Source: Candidatus Poribacteria bacterium
GTDB taxonomy: Bacteria; Poribacteria; WGA-4E; WGA-3G
Assembly (NCBI GenBank): GCA_964291315.2
Contig: OZ219753.1
Coordinates: 1,120,001-1,184,000, forward strand
Reading direction: 5' to 3'
DNA: 64,000 nt
Shown: positions 37,642-47,395 of the stretch, piece after piece
Numbering within the stretch: the stretch's first letter is position 1
Layout: every line of letters starts with the position of its first letter
Notes under the pieces: model-generated
Told to the model about the DNA's origin: nothing
Database searches by the model: none
The model's input: the letters and a program-made list of their open reading frames with translations, nothing else
Program-made: the position numbers and the translations under genes

Positions 37642-38288
37642 TAATATATCGTAGAAAAGAGAGGGCGAAATAGTCCGAAAATGAATTTGTAATCTATGCG
37701 ACATATGAAAGCTGTAGACACTTCCCCCAGAATCATGAAGTCAGCGAGGCTTAGCCACCTCTTGGATATTCAGGGCCCGTTATATCGCCTAAGCTTTGCT
37801 GTTGTTGTGGTTGTTAGCCCCCCCCCCGCTCCACACACAATAAGTACTTTATCCCCTCTATCACAAAATATCCTCTCGCTCCACCGCACTACCCGCTTTG
37901 CGCCTGCTTGCCAGCTGACCCAACAGCACGGGATCTCACACCGACTAAAGAGCCTCCCGCAGCGGAAGAGAGGCACGAGCCAACCCCATTCTATAGCAAA
38001 AGAAGCAGTAGTTCTATTCTTTTCATATGTTTTTGTTTTATTCTGTTGTTCTGTTTGCACACAGTTTAGGGAGTTTTGGCACTGCTATTTAACGCGCGAG
38101 AACAAGGAGGTTGAAATCAGGAGGTTTCCAGCAGAATCTCCGTTACGCCTTAACATCAATAGATCTGAGGGGGGTTCCCTCAGGATAAAGTTGACGTGTA
38201 AGTAAGCGAGAATGGGGCCGCTATCTCTGCGGTCATCTCTCATTATGTCTATATTTAACCAATATCAATAACAGAGGAGAATGAAGTA

Positions 38289-41123
38289 ATGTTATGGAAT
38301 AAAATCAGAATTTTCGTGGTCTTAGCACTCGTATCTATTTTTGCAACCACACACGCTTTTGGTATCCTTCGCACTTTAACTGTCTCGAACTATGAGAATT
38401 GGCCTAAACTCAAGAACGCCAAGAGCTTTTCGCTCATTATGAAAAATCTCAGTTTAATTGTGGGTGCTCCTTACGTCGGCGTTGTCGCTGACGTTCGTAT
38501 AAGTAACGAGGTACAAGGGCGGCAGATCGATGATTTGGTAGACCTGAAGGATTTACTGGTGCGCGGCGGCGCCATCACAATTTCAATGCGGGTGCCGCTA
38601 GCAGCCGAAATTACCAGCGATGGCGCTGCCAACCATACCCTAAAAGCCGACGCCTCAGATGCGGATCTGATGGCGATGAAGCACCGCATCGTCATCACCG
38701 AGGTGAATTGGGGGACGGATACCCCGCACAGAACCGGTGCGCAATGGTTTGAACTCTATAACGCTGGCGCCGCTTTGAAAACCAACGATTATATCAGATG
38801 GCGCACGCATCCCCGTTTAGACAAAGCCGCTGTCCCCGAACCGGGTAAGACGTTCATGTGGGACGATGACGGTAATGGGGAGCGCAAGTTTGTTGTTTTG
38901 GATCGTGTCGCCACGATCGATCGTTTTGGTAACCCGTGGGAGCTGAAAGGTGCGGATGGCGATACTGCCGATGGTGAGCCCGATGCTGATCCTTCTACCA
39001 CTGAGATTGATCTACCTACCGATAGGGATACCGGGGATCCTGACAATGCGATGGCCTCTATGTATCGGAAGATCGATCTAGATGCCACGGGTATGGCGTA
39101 TGCCTATGAAAATGGAAAACTGAAGGGCCTCGGAGAAGGCAACGAAGCCAGCTCCTGGGAGGCATCTAAATATAAGAGTAAGTATCTCATGAGAGGTAAT
39201 TACATAGCGAGTCCCGGGGCTGTTCACTCGCTTAATCCGGATGGACCGGGTGCAGTCCAGTTCACTATGACCCCCGCCTCTATCTCTCCTACCGGCATTA
39301 TCATTAACGAGGTGCGCAATGATCCCTCAAGTGCGAACTTGGATTGGATAGAGCTGCTCTATAACAGTGATGATCCCGAAGCCAAGCCCGTGAATATAGA
39401 GAACTATAAGCTGAGCCTGGTGATGGGGAAGATGAAGTCTGATGGGAGCTATCACGAGTCGGGCGATGCCAACTTCACGGAAACCAAACTCGCGGTGCTG
39501 CCGAAATACGAGATGACACCGGGCGAGTATGTCGTGATCTATAACCGGGAGCCTGGGAAGAGTGTTGGGTTTGCTGGCGGTGAAAAACTTCAGGATCTCT
39601 CTGCGAAAACGCACATCAAAAAGGGTGCCACGCACAAGTATGTGGTAGAGACAGACCTGAAGCTGCCCGCTGAAGGGAAGTTCTTGATCCTGCTGCGCAC
39701 GCGGAATAGTGCGGATGACGTTGGCAAGCCGTCAAATGTCAAAGATTATGCCGGCAACGGTTTCTTTAAGCGCATGGAAGATAAGAAGTTCGATACGAGT
39801 GTGTGGCCGTTTGTGGCGTGGTCTGCCCCGGGAGACGTTGAGGACTTCGGTAGCATGAACACCTTCGCCTCTACAAGTATGTCGTTTGGTCGGGGGGCTC
39901 AGTTGAGCGCGAAGGGCATGTATTGGGCGAAGTCTCGTGCCAACCGTGTTCACAAAGACGATTGGATGACCTTCGGTTTCATGGGTGCTGGCTACGATCG
40001 CGGGCGCGATAAAACGGTTGACACAGCGAGTGCCCCTGGCACGCCGGGGTATCCGAACATAGGGGTGAGTATGATCGCGGATGACAAAAACACCGCATCC
40101 ACTGACGATGACTACGCCTTCGATGGCAAAGTGAGCATCAGCGAGATTATGTATGATGCGGGGCCGCGCTCAAACTTGGCGCAGTGGATAGAACTCTACA
40201 ACAGCTCTATGACGGAGACGCTAGACCTTGCGGGCTGGGAGTTAGAGGTCCGCAATGAGCGGACAGTGACAGGTTCGTATGTCAATGCGAAGTTCACATT
40301 TGATGCGGACACGTATCTGCCGCCGAATCAGACGTTGCTGCTGGTGTCGAACAATGGTGCGAACGACGTTGCAGAGAACTACGTCTATAACTTGCAGGAG
40401 AATCACGGGAGTGCTCTGGGTTTGACAGTGCGGGGTCGGCAGCTGCTGAGTGCGGCGGGCTTCCATCTGGAGCTGCGTGCGAAGGTCAACAAAGCCGGTG
40501 ACTCGGCGTTGATGGTAGTAGACACAGCCGGCAACATTGAGATATCGGGGACGGTGCGCACCCACGCCTGGGATTTGCCCGAGCGCGGTGAGATGCGGAT
40601 GTCTATCACCCGCACGTATAAAGGCGGTTCGAATCCCGATAACGGGTTGATGCAAGCCTCTTGGCGGCAGGCAAACCTAGCAGGTGCCTCGCTGACGTAT
40701 TACGGACACCGCGACGATATCAGTTCCCCCGGCTACCGGGTCGGTGGTCCGCTACCCGTTTCGCTCTCAAGTTTCCGCCCGGTGCGCGATGCCTCGACGG
40801 GCCACGTTGAGATTAGCTGGGTAACGCAGTCCGAGCTCAACAACGCCGGGTTCAATATCCTACGCAGTGAGAGCAAGACGGGTGAGTTTGCGGTTATCAA
40901 CACCAAGGGGCTGATTGCGGGACACGGCACCACCTCCGAGAAGCACGTGTATACCTACACAGATACCGCTGCGAAACCCAACGCCGTCTATTACTACCAG
41001 ATAGAAGACGTCTCTATGGACGGGGTGCGCACAACGTTACGGACGACGCATCTGCGGGGCGATGTCTCTGCGAGGGGTAAACTCACGACGCGGTGGGGAG
41101 AGCTCAAATCGTCTGACAAATAG
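38289..41123 (+). CDS. Large secreted lamin-tail-domain (LTD) protein, copy 1
   Basis: Signal peptide; three I.I.E....W.ELY LTD-like modules; PLPVSLSSF..SWVTQSELNNAGFNILRS Ig-like domain; ARGKLTTRWGELK tail. Confidence 0.88.
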   Translation: MLWNKIRIFVVLALVSIFATTHAFGILRTLTVSNYENWPKLKNAKSFSLIMKNLSLIVGAPYVGVVADVRISNEVQGRQIDDLVDLKDLLVRGGAITISMRVPLAAEITSDGAANHTLKADASDADLMAMKHRIVITEVNWGTDTPHRTGAQWFELYNAGAALKTNDYIRWRTHPRLDKAAVPEPGKTFMWDDDGNGERKFVVLDRVATIDRFGNPWELKGADGDTADGEPDADPSTTEIDLPTDRDTGDPDNAMASMYRKIDLDATGMAYAYENGKLKGLGEGNEASSWEASKYKSKYLMRGNYIASPGAVHSLNPDGPGAVQFTMTPASISPTGIIINEVRNDPSSANLDWIELLYNSDDPEAKPVNIENYKLSLVMGKMKSDGSYHESGDANFTETKLAVLPKYEMTPGEYVVIYNREPGKSVGFAGGEKLQDLSAKTHIKKGATHKYVVETDLKLPAEGKFLILLRTRNSADDVGKPSNVKDYAGNGFFKRMEDKKFDTSVWPFVAWSAPGDVEDFGSMNTFASTSMSFGRGAQLSAKGMYWAKSRANRVHKDDWMTFGFMGAGYDRGRDKTVDTASAPGTPGYPNIGVSMIADDKNTASTDDDYAFDGKVSISEIMYDAGPRSNLAQWIELYNSSMTETLDLAGWELEVRNERTVTGSYVNAKFTFDADTYLPPNQTLLLVSNNGANDVAENYVYNLQENHGSALGLTVRGRQLLSAAGFHLELRAKVNKAGDSALMVVDTAGNIEISGTVRTHAWDLPERGEMRMSITRTYKGGSNPDNGLMQASWRQANLAGASLTYYGHRDDISSPGYRVGGPLPVSLSSFRPVRDASTGHVEISWVTQSELNNAGFNILRSESKTGEFAVINTKGLIAGHGTTSEKHVYTYTDTAAKPNAVYYYQIEDVSMDGVRTTLRTTHLRGDVSARGKLTTRWGELKSSDK

Positions 41124-41211
41124 CAGACACAACGTATAACGCAAGCTCGATACATATTCATGCAAATATGTGTCAAGCTTGCGTCACCAATAACAGAGGA
41201 GAACAAACGTA

Positions 41212-43974
41212 ATGTTATGGAATAAAATGAAACTTTTGGTAGTATTAGGGCTTGTGTGTTTCTTCGCAACACCCCAGGCTTCCGCGCTTAACATTGTGAC
41301 GGGAGGTTCCCAAACCCACCTGCTTAAAGCCAAAACGTTCCTTATCTGGGCGAAAGCTACCGCGGATGCATCGGTCTCTGCTAATAACGGCATCACGGAC
41401 GCAGCAACAGGGAAGGTGTACGGCACAAGTACAAACAAGTATAACACACTTTGGGGTGACCTACGGAGTAGACTCGAAGGCGGTCATGGGCTTCTCCTTA
41501 CAGTGAAAGCGCCGTCACAGACTGATTTTGATAACGAGGACAAGGAGTATAGCTTGAAACCTAATCCGACAGCCGAGGAGGCGATGAAGCTCAAGCACCA
41601 TCTCGTTATCACCGAAATAATGTGGGGGACAGATGTGCCTTCAAGAGCATTTACCGCAGATAATCCGCAGTGGATAGAACTCTACAGCCAAGGCGCTATG
41701 AAAAAGGACGATGGCATCGGCCTGCACGATACTAGAGCATTTCCTGACCGTCTAGCGTATCGCGCAGGGGAGCTGTTTGAGCGTACTGAAAATGGTACCC
41801 TGAACAAGTATGTCGTTCTGGATCGTGTACACACGGTCGATCGCTTTGGCCGGCAGTGGCGTCTGAAAGGCAGCAACGGGGATACCGACGGCAACACAGA
41901 GAAGGGCATAGCTCCGACACCCATGGTCTCTATGTATCGGAAGATCGAACTGGATGCCACAGGCAAGGCGTATGCGTATGAAAACGGAAAACTGAAGGGA
42001 CTCGGAGAGGGCGATGACCCCGGGTCCTGGGAGGCTTCCGTCGGCTCGATTAACATCGAGGGTCAGTATATCGGCTCCCCCGGCAGCGTTCACGTGCCTG
42101 TGGGCGGTCCCTCTGTCGTCAAGTTTGATATGAAACCTGCGACTATCTCCCCTACCGGGATTATCATCAACGAGGTGCGAAACGACTCTTCAGATGAGAA
42201 CTTGGACTGGATAGAGTTGTTCTATAATAGCGATAGTGCCTCGGATGCCTCCGTGAATATAGAAAACTATCAGCTGAGCCTGGTGATGGGCAAGATGATG
42301 ACGGACGGCAGCGGCTATCACCAGTCCGGGGATGCCAACTTCACGGACACCAGCCTCGCGGTGCTGCCGAAATACAGGATGAAGCCGGGCGAGTATCTAG
42401 TGGTCTATAACCGAGACCCGGGGCGCGGTACTGCGTTCGCTGGGGGTACGAACCTTCAGAGTCTCTTGGACGACTCGGATGTCAACACGGGTGCCTCACA
42501 CAAGTATGTGGTTGCGGAATCCCTAAAACTTCCCGCTGAAGGCAAGTTCCTGATCCTGCTGCGCAACGCAAAAGAGAAGCTGAAAACGGCGGATAATGTC
42601 ATAGACTATGCGGGCAACGGGTTCTTCACACGGATAGAAGATAGGAAGTTCAATACAGATGTCTGGCCGTTCGTGGGATGGATGTCCCCGGGAGACGTTG
42701 AGGACTTCGGTAGCATGAATACCTTCGCCTCTACAAGTATGTCGTTCGGTCGGGGTGTGCAGATCAATTCGCAGGGCATGTACGGCGCGAAGTCTCGTGC
42801 GAACCGCGTCCACAAAGACGACTGGCAGTCGTTCGGGTTCATCGGCACTGGCTACGACCGCGGCAAAGACAAATCTCTTGACACAGCGACCTCCCCCGGC
42901 ACGCCGGGGTATCCGAACATGGCGGTGAACAACGTCTCCGAGGGCGACTACACGTTTGATGGCAAAGTGAGCATCAGCGAGATTATGTATGATGCGGGTC
43001 CCCGCTCGAACTTGGTGCAGTGGATAGAGCTCTACAACAGCTCTATGATGGATACGGTGAACCTTGAGGGGTGGGAGTTAGATATCCGCAACCAGGCAGG
43101 CAGCTTGTATGTCGACGCAACCCTCACCTTTAAGGCAGGGGCGTATATCCCGCCGAATCAGACGCTGCTGCTCGTCTCAAGCAGCGCTGCGAACGATGTT
43201 GCGGATAACTATGTCTACAACTTGTTGGAGAAGCACCGCAGCGATCTCAGGTTGACAACGTCTGGTCGGCAGCTGCTGAATGCGGAAGGTTTCTATTTGG
43301 AGCTGCGGGCGAAGGTCAGCGGTGGCGATCCGATGCTTATGGACGCAGCCGGCAACCTTGAGGTAGACGGCACTTCACGCACGAAGATGTGGGATTTCCC
43401 CGGAAGCGGTGAGCTGCGTACCTCTATTGTGCGGACCTATGGCGGTGTGTTCAACGACATGACAGAGGGTTCTGGACCGCACAATGCAGATAATGGCACG
43501 ATGGAAGCCTCTTGGCGACACTCGGATCTGGCAGGTGCCTCGCTCACCTTCTACGGGCAGCGGAGCGATATCGGCACGCCCGGCTACCGTCTCGGCGGAC
43601 CGCTACCCGTCTCACTCTCAAGTTTCCGCCCGGTGCGCAACGTCTCGACAGGACACGTTGAAATTACGTGGGTAACGCAGTCCGAGCTCAACAACGCCGG
43701 GTTCAATATCCTGCGCAGCGAGAGCAAGACCGGCGAGTTCAAGGCTATCAACGCCGAGGGTCTGATTGCGGGGCACGGCACGACCTCCGAGAAGCACGTG
43801 TATACCTACACAGATACGACTGCGAAGCCGAATGTGGTGTATTACTACCAGATAGAAGATGTCTCTATGGACGGGGTGCGTACGACGCTACGGACGACGC
43901 ATCTGCGGGGGGATGTCTCTGCGAGGGGTAAGCTCACAACCCGTTGGGGAGAGCTCAAATCGTCTGACAAATAG
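41212..43974 (+). CDS. Large secreted lamin-tail-domain (LTD) protein, copy 2 (tandem paralogue)
   Basis: Same architecture as 38289..41123 with near-identical C-terminal ~100 aa. Confidence 0.88.
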   Translation: MLWNKMKLLVVLGLVCFFATPQASALNIVTGGSQTHLLKAKTFLIWAKATADASVSANNGITDAATGKVYGTSTNKYNTLWGDLRSRLEGGHGLLLTVKAPSQTDFDNEDKEYSLKPNPTAEEAMKLKHHLVITEIMWGTDVPSRAFTADNPQWIELYSQGAMKKDDGIGLHDTRAFPDRLAYRAGELFERTENGTLNKYVVLDRVHTVDRFGRQWRLKGSNGDTDGNTEKGIAPTPMVSMYRKIELDATGKAYAYENGKLKGLGEGDDPGSWEASVGSINIEGQYIGSPGSVHVPVGGPSVVKFDMKPATISPTGIIINEVRNDSSDENLDWIELFYNSDSASDASVNIENYQLSLVMGKMMTDGSGYHQSGDANFTDTSLAVLPKYRMKPGEYLVVYNRDPGRGTAFAGGTNLQSLLDDSDVNTGASHKYVVAESLKLPAEGKFLILLRNAKEKLKTADNVIDYAGNGFFTRIEDRKFNTDVWPFVGWMSPGDVEDFGSMNTFASTSMSFGRGVQINSQGMYGAKSRANRVHKDDWQSFGFIGTGYDRGKDKSLDTATSPGTPGYPNMAVNNVSEGDYTFDGKVSISEIMYDAGPRSNLVQWIELYNSSMMDTVNLEGWELDIRNQAGSLYVDATLTFKAGAYIPPNQTLLLVSSSAANDVADNYVYNLLEKHRSDLRLTTSGRQLLNAEGFYLELRAKVSGGDPMLMDAAGNLEVDGTSRTKMWDFPGSGELRTSIVRTYGGVFNDMTEGSGPHNADNGTMEASWRHSDLAGASLTFYGQRSDIGTPGYRLGGPLPVSLSSFRPVRNVSTGHVEITWVTQSELNNAGFNILRSESKTGEFKAINAEGLIAGHGTTSEKHVYTYTDTTAKPNVVYYYQIEDVSMDGVRTTLRTTHLRGDVSARGKLTTRWGELKSSDK

Positions 43975-44029
43975 CAGACACGGTGGTTAGAAATAGACAA
44001 GCTAACCTTACTACAGATCAACTAACAAA

Positions 44030-44072
44030 ACGTTGGGGGGTGGAACGTATGTTTCACCCCCCAACGTCTTTT
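44030..44072 (+). terminator. Intrinsic terminator, possibly bidirectional
   Basis: acgttggggggtggaac-gtat-gtttcaccccccaacgt stem followed by ctttt and preceded by an A run, between convergent genes. Confidence 0.85.
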
Positions 44073-44174
44073 AACCCCAGGCGCTCTCTGTTTCTTTTTT
44101 CTTTTTTCCATGTGAGAAATTCACAGTAAAACTGGCCGCTCCGCGCATCAAATCGGCAATGATACGTTTGCTGG

Positions 44175-45182
44175 CTAATCCTCCGTTACCCGTCCTAGTA
44201 TTGGATATGCTGGGTCGTTATATCCTTTGCCGGTGTGTTCACCAGGCGGTACTAATGCATTGATGGCTGTTTCGTCGTCTGCCGTTAGTGTGCAATCTAG
44301 ACACCCTAAATTGTCTTCAAGTTGTTCCATAGTTCGCGGTCCAATGATAATAGAAGTGATGACCGGATTTGCCAGTACCCACGCCAGTGAGAATTGCGTC
44401 AAAGTTTTCCCGTGTGCTTCCGCTAGTGGTTTGAGCTGCTGTGCGACTTCATAACTTTCGGTGCGCAGCTCGGTCTGCGAAATCCGTCTATCTTGTCGTG
44501 CTGCTCTGGAATCTTTGGGCGGTTTTTTATCTGGCAAGTATTTACCGGACAATACCCCGCGTGCCAATGGGCTATAGGGTACAACTCCGATTCCGTATTT
44601 CTGGCAAAAAGGTAGCAGTTCCACTTCGATATCCCGATTGACGATGTTATAAAGGGGTTGGACACACACGAATTCTTCCAATCGATATTTTTCGCTGGTC
44701 CAGAGTGCTTCACAGATGTGCCACGCCTGAAAATTGGAACAGGCGATATAGCGTACCTTGCCCTGCCTCACGCAATCATCTAAAGCCCGGATCGATTCCA
44801 GAATACGTGTCGAGGTATCCGAGCGATGCAGGTAATAAACATCGATGTGATCGGTGCCGAGGCGTTTAAGACTTGCCTCCACTGCCGACATAATATGGAA
44901 TCGGTGTGAGCCTGCTGCATTTACGTCATCTCCCATCGAACCGTGTACTTTTGTCGCGACCACCCATTTTTCTCGGTTGGAGCGGATCGCTTTCCCGGTA
45001 ATCCGTTCTGATTCGCCGGCATTGTAGACATTGGCGGTATCCAAAAAATTGATCCCTGCCTCCATTGCCTGGTGAATAATCCGAATTGAATCCTTTTCAT
45101 TTGTTGGTCCACCGAACATCATTGTGCCGAGGCAGAGTGGTGCTACCTGTACCCCGGCTCGTCCAAGTGTTCTATGGTCCAT
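44175..45182 (-). CDS. Aldo/keto reductase
   Basis: LCLGTMMFG, GINFLDTANVY, SLKRLGTDHIDVYYLH, PYSPLARG. Confidence 0.95.
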   Translation of the reverse strand: MDHRTLGRAGVQVAPLCLGTMMFGGPTNEKDSIRIIHQAMEAGINFLDTANVYNAGESERITGKAIRSNREKWVVATKVHGSMGDDVNAAGSHRFHIMSAVEASLKRLGTDHIDVYYLHRSDTSTRILESIRALDDCVRQGKVRYIACSNFQAWHICEALWTSEKYRLEEFVCVQPLYNIVNRDIEVELLPFCQKYGIGVVPYSPLARGVLSGKYLPDKKPPKDSRAARQDRRISQTELRTESYEVAQQLKPLAEAHGKTLTQFSLAWVLANPVITSIIIGPRTMEQLEDNLGCLDCTLTADDETAINALVPPGEHTGKGYNDPAYPILGRVTED

Positions 45183-45207
45183 ATATTTTTACTCCTTTTA
45201 AATAGGT

Positions 45208-45939
45208 TTATGCCATCCGTATGCCGCCATTGACATCGAGCGTCGCGCCTGTCACATAACGTCCTTCTTCTGAGGCAAGGAAGAGGATAGTAGTTGCGAT
45301 CTCTGCGGCATCAGCGATCCGTCCGAGTGGGATCTGATCTGTCATATCAGGGTGATTTTTTGCCATTTCGGTTGCAGCGATGCCTGGGGCGACGGAGTTT
45401 ACGGTAATCCCGTATTCTCCAAGCACGCGCGCCAACGATTTGGTCAGACACATCACGCCGGCTTTGGAGGCGGAATAAGCTGCGGAGGCGACTAGTCCGC
45501 CAACCTGGCCTGCTAACGAGCCGAGGTTGATAATGCGGCCGGATCGTTGTGTCTTCATTGTCTTCATCACCGCTTGTGAACAGAGAAACGTTCCTTTGAG
45601 GTTGACGGCCATCATCCGATCCCACTCGGCTTCTGTACATGCTTCTATACGGGTATAGCTAAAAATACCGGCATTGTTGACCAAAATATCGATTCGCCCG
45701 AAGGTGTCAAGTGTTTCTTGAACCATTTTACGGACCGAATCGCCGTCCGCGACATCTGTTTCGATCACTTTGCATGTTCTATTGAGTGCTGCGATTTCTG
45801 CTTCTGCCGCTGCCGCGTTCGCCATGTTGATTTCGGGGAGTACGACATCTGCCCCTTCTTTGGCGAATGCAAGACATGTGGCTTTTCCAATGCCGCCGCC
45901 GCCCCCTGTAACGATTGCAACCTGCCCTTCTAAACGCAT
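45208..45939 (-). CDS. SDR family oxidoreductase (FabG-like)
   Basis: TGGGGGIG, LVNNAG, YSASK, VNSVAPG. Confidence 0.94.
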   Translation of the reverse strand: MRLEGQVAIVTGGGGGIGKATCLAFAKEGADVVLPEINMANAAAAEAEIAALNRTCKVIETDVADGDSVRKMVQETLDTFGRIDILVNNAGIFSYTRIEACTEAEWDRMMAVNLKGTFLCSQAVMKTMKTQRSGRIINLGSLAGQVGGLVASAAYSASKAGVMCLTKSLARVLGEYGITVNSVAPGIAATEMAKNHPDMTDQIPLGRIADAAEIATTILFLASEEGRYVTGATLDVNGGIRMA

Positions 45940-46144
45940 CTATGCTTCTCCTTTTGCCACTTTATAGTTCGGCGGAGCGGAGCCCGTGACATCCGCGACG
46001 CACTTTTTTCTTGCAAAATACAATAAATCATGATAATATATCCGTATTATCATACGAAGTCCGGAGAAAGTCAAGCACGAAAAACATGCACTGTTGTCAT
46101 ATCACTAATTCGTTGCTGCTAATAGATATAAGGAGAATTGAAGT

Positions 46145-47041
46145 ATGAAAAAAACGGTACCGCTGCGTTGGATCAAGTCAGTTCTAGTCTTAAGTTTTGC
46201 TTGTTTTTCCTCGTTCACAGCCACAGCACAGAATTATTATCCGGCGGATATTGGCAATATGTGGATTTTGGAGAGCAGCGATGGTGAACGAAGAAGCATC
46301 TATACGCTTGAGGGCCCTGAAGTTATAAATGGCGAAGAACATATCCTCCTAAAAATTAAGACTGAGGAACTCAGCACTGGCAAGGCTGAGACTGATCAAT
46401 ATTATTTAACTCTCGACACAGAAGTTATCAAGCTCCACAGAATTATCTTGGAGGACACACTTGCTACTCTGACTGCGGATTTCCGGAAACCTGCTACTTT
46501 TTTCCCACGCCGGTTACTACTAGGCGACAAATGGGAAATAGAAACAGCTGTAAAAGCAGAATTGATGCAACTAACGATATCAGGAGAGAGTATTACGGAC
46601 TTAGAAGTGGTTGGATTTGAAGACGTGATCACGTCTGTTGGAACGTTTGAGAATTGTGCCAAGATCCGATTAGAGATGCGGCTCCAAGCTGGTGGGTTTC
46701 TTAGTCTTAACTCTGTTACCTACCAATGGTTTGCGCCAGAGGTAGGTCCTGTCCAATACCAAAACAGCGACGGTTTACGATTCACCCTAACAAGCTATAA
46801 CCTGCTAACGCCGCCTGAGGTACCTGACACGCTAAAGGCAGATACCGTTGTAAAAGAAGATGTTCACATCGAACCACCACCTTTACCTTACGATGTAACA
46901 GGGGATGGTGTTGTGAACATTTTGGACCTTACCTTTGTGGCAGTTCGCTTCGGTAGCGCTGATTTCGAAGCGGATGTGACAGGTGATGGCATCGTTAACA
47001 TTTTGGATTTGGTTCATATCGCACAGAACCTCAGCAACTAA
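46145..47041 (+). CDS. Secreted QNYYP-domain protein with C-terminal dockerin-type repeats
   Basis: Signal peptide; QNYYP..GN.W, GTFENCAKI, QWFAPEVGPV; two DVTGDG.VNILDL repeats. Confidence 0.85.
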   Translation: MKKTVPLRWIKSVLVLSFACFSSFTATAQNYYPADIGNMWILESSDGERRSIYTLEGPEVINGEEHILLKIKTEELSTGKAETDQYYLTLDTEVIKLHRIILEDTLATLTADFRKPATFFPRRLLLGDKWEIETAVKAELMQLTISGESITDLEVVGFEDVITSVGTFENCAKIRLEMRLQAGGFLSLNSVTYQWFAPEVGPVQYQNSDGLRFTLTSYNLLTPPEVPDTLKADTVVKEDVHIEPPPLPYDVTGDGVVNILDLTFVAVRFGSADFEADVTGDGIVNILDLVHIAQNLSN

Positions 47042-47150
47042 TTTAAAAAGCTCGTAATAATTGAAGTGCCAAAGTCTCCGATTTCTTATTGAAAACCTTT
47101 GACAAATACGGTAGTATTTAGTCATTATTTCGTAGATTCTGGAAATTAAT

Positions 47151-47243
47151 ATGGTGAGTTGGAAAATTGCATTGGTTGTGATTGGCATCGCTATTCTCGC
47201 TATCGTAATCGGAATGTGGTTTGGATATCAATATGTTTCGTAA
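47151..47243 (+). CDS. 30-aa single-TM small protein
   Basis: MVSWKIALVVIGIAILAIVIGMWFGYQYVS*, downstream of TTGACA at 47099; below the ORF-track cutoff. Confidence 0.5.
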   Translation: MVSWKIALVVIGIAILAIVIGMWFGYQYVS

Positions 47244-47395
47244 CAGGATAGCATTACCTCAGCGGGGGACGTGAGCTCTGCTTTTTGATGAGGTTTGTGC
47301 TTACATCTGTCCTTGCACAGGTTTCATAGGAATGGTATCCGTTCTTGTGAAGATTATTCAAGTTTGTATTTTTTTGAAAAAAGGAGATTTAAGTT

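Noticed and set aside
37696-38205. 169-aa ORF before the LTD genes
   Set aside because: No SD, no recognisable motif and atypical composition; treated as non-coding.
40624-40645. tRNA T-loop-like GGTTCGAATCCC
   Set aside because: Lies inside a CDS (GGSNP) with no cloverleaf around it.
38289-43974. Diversity-generating retroelement template/variable repeat pair
   Set aside because: Differences between the copies are mostly synonymous and not adenine-specific; no reverse transcriptase in the window.
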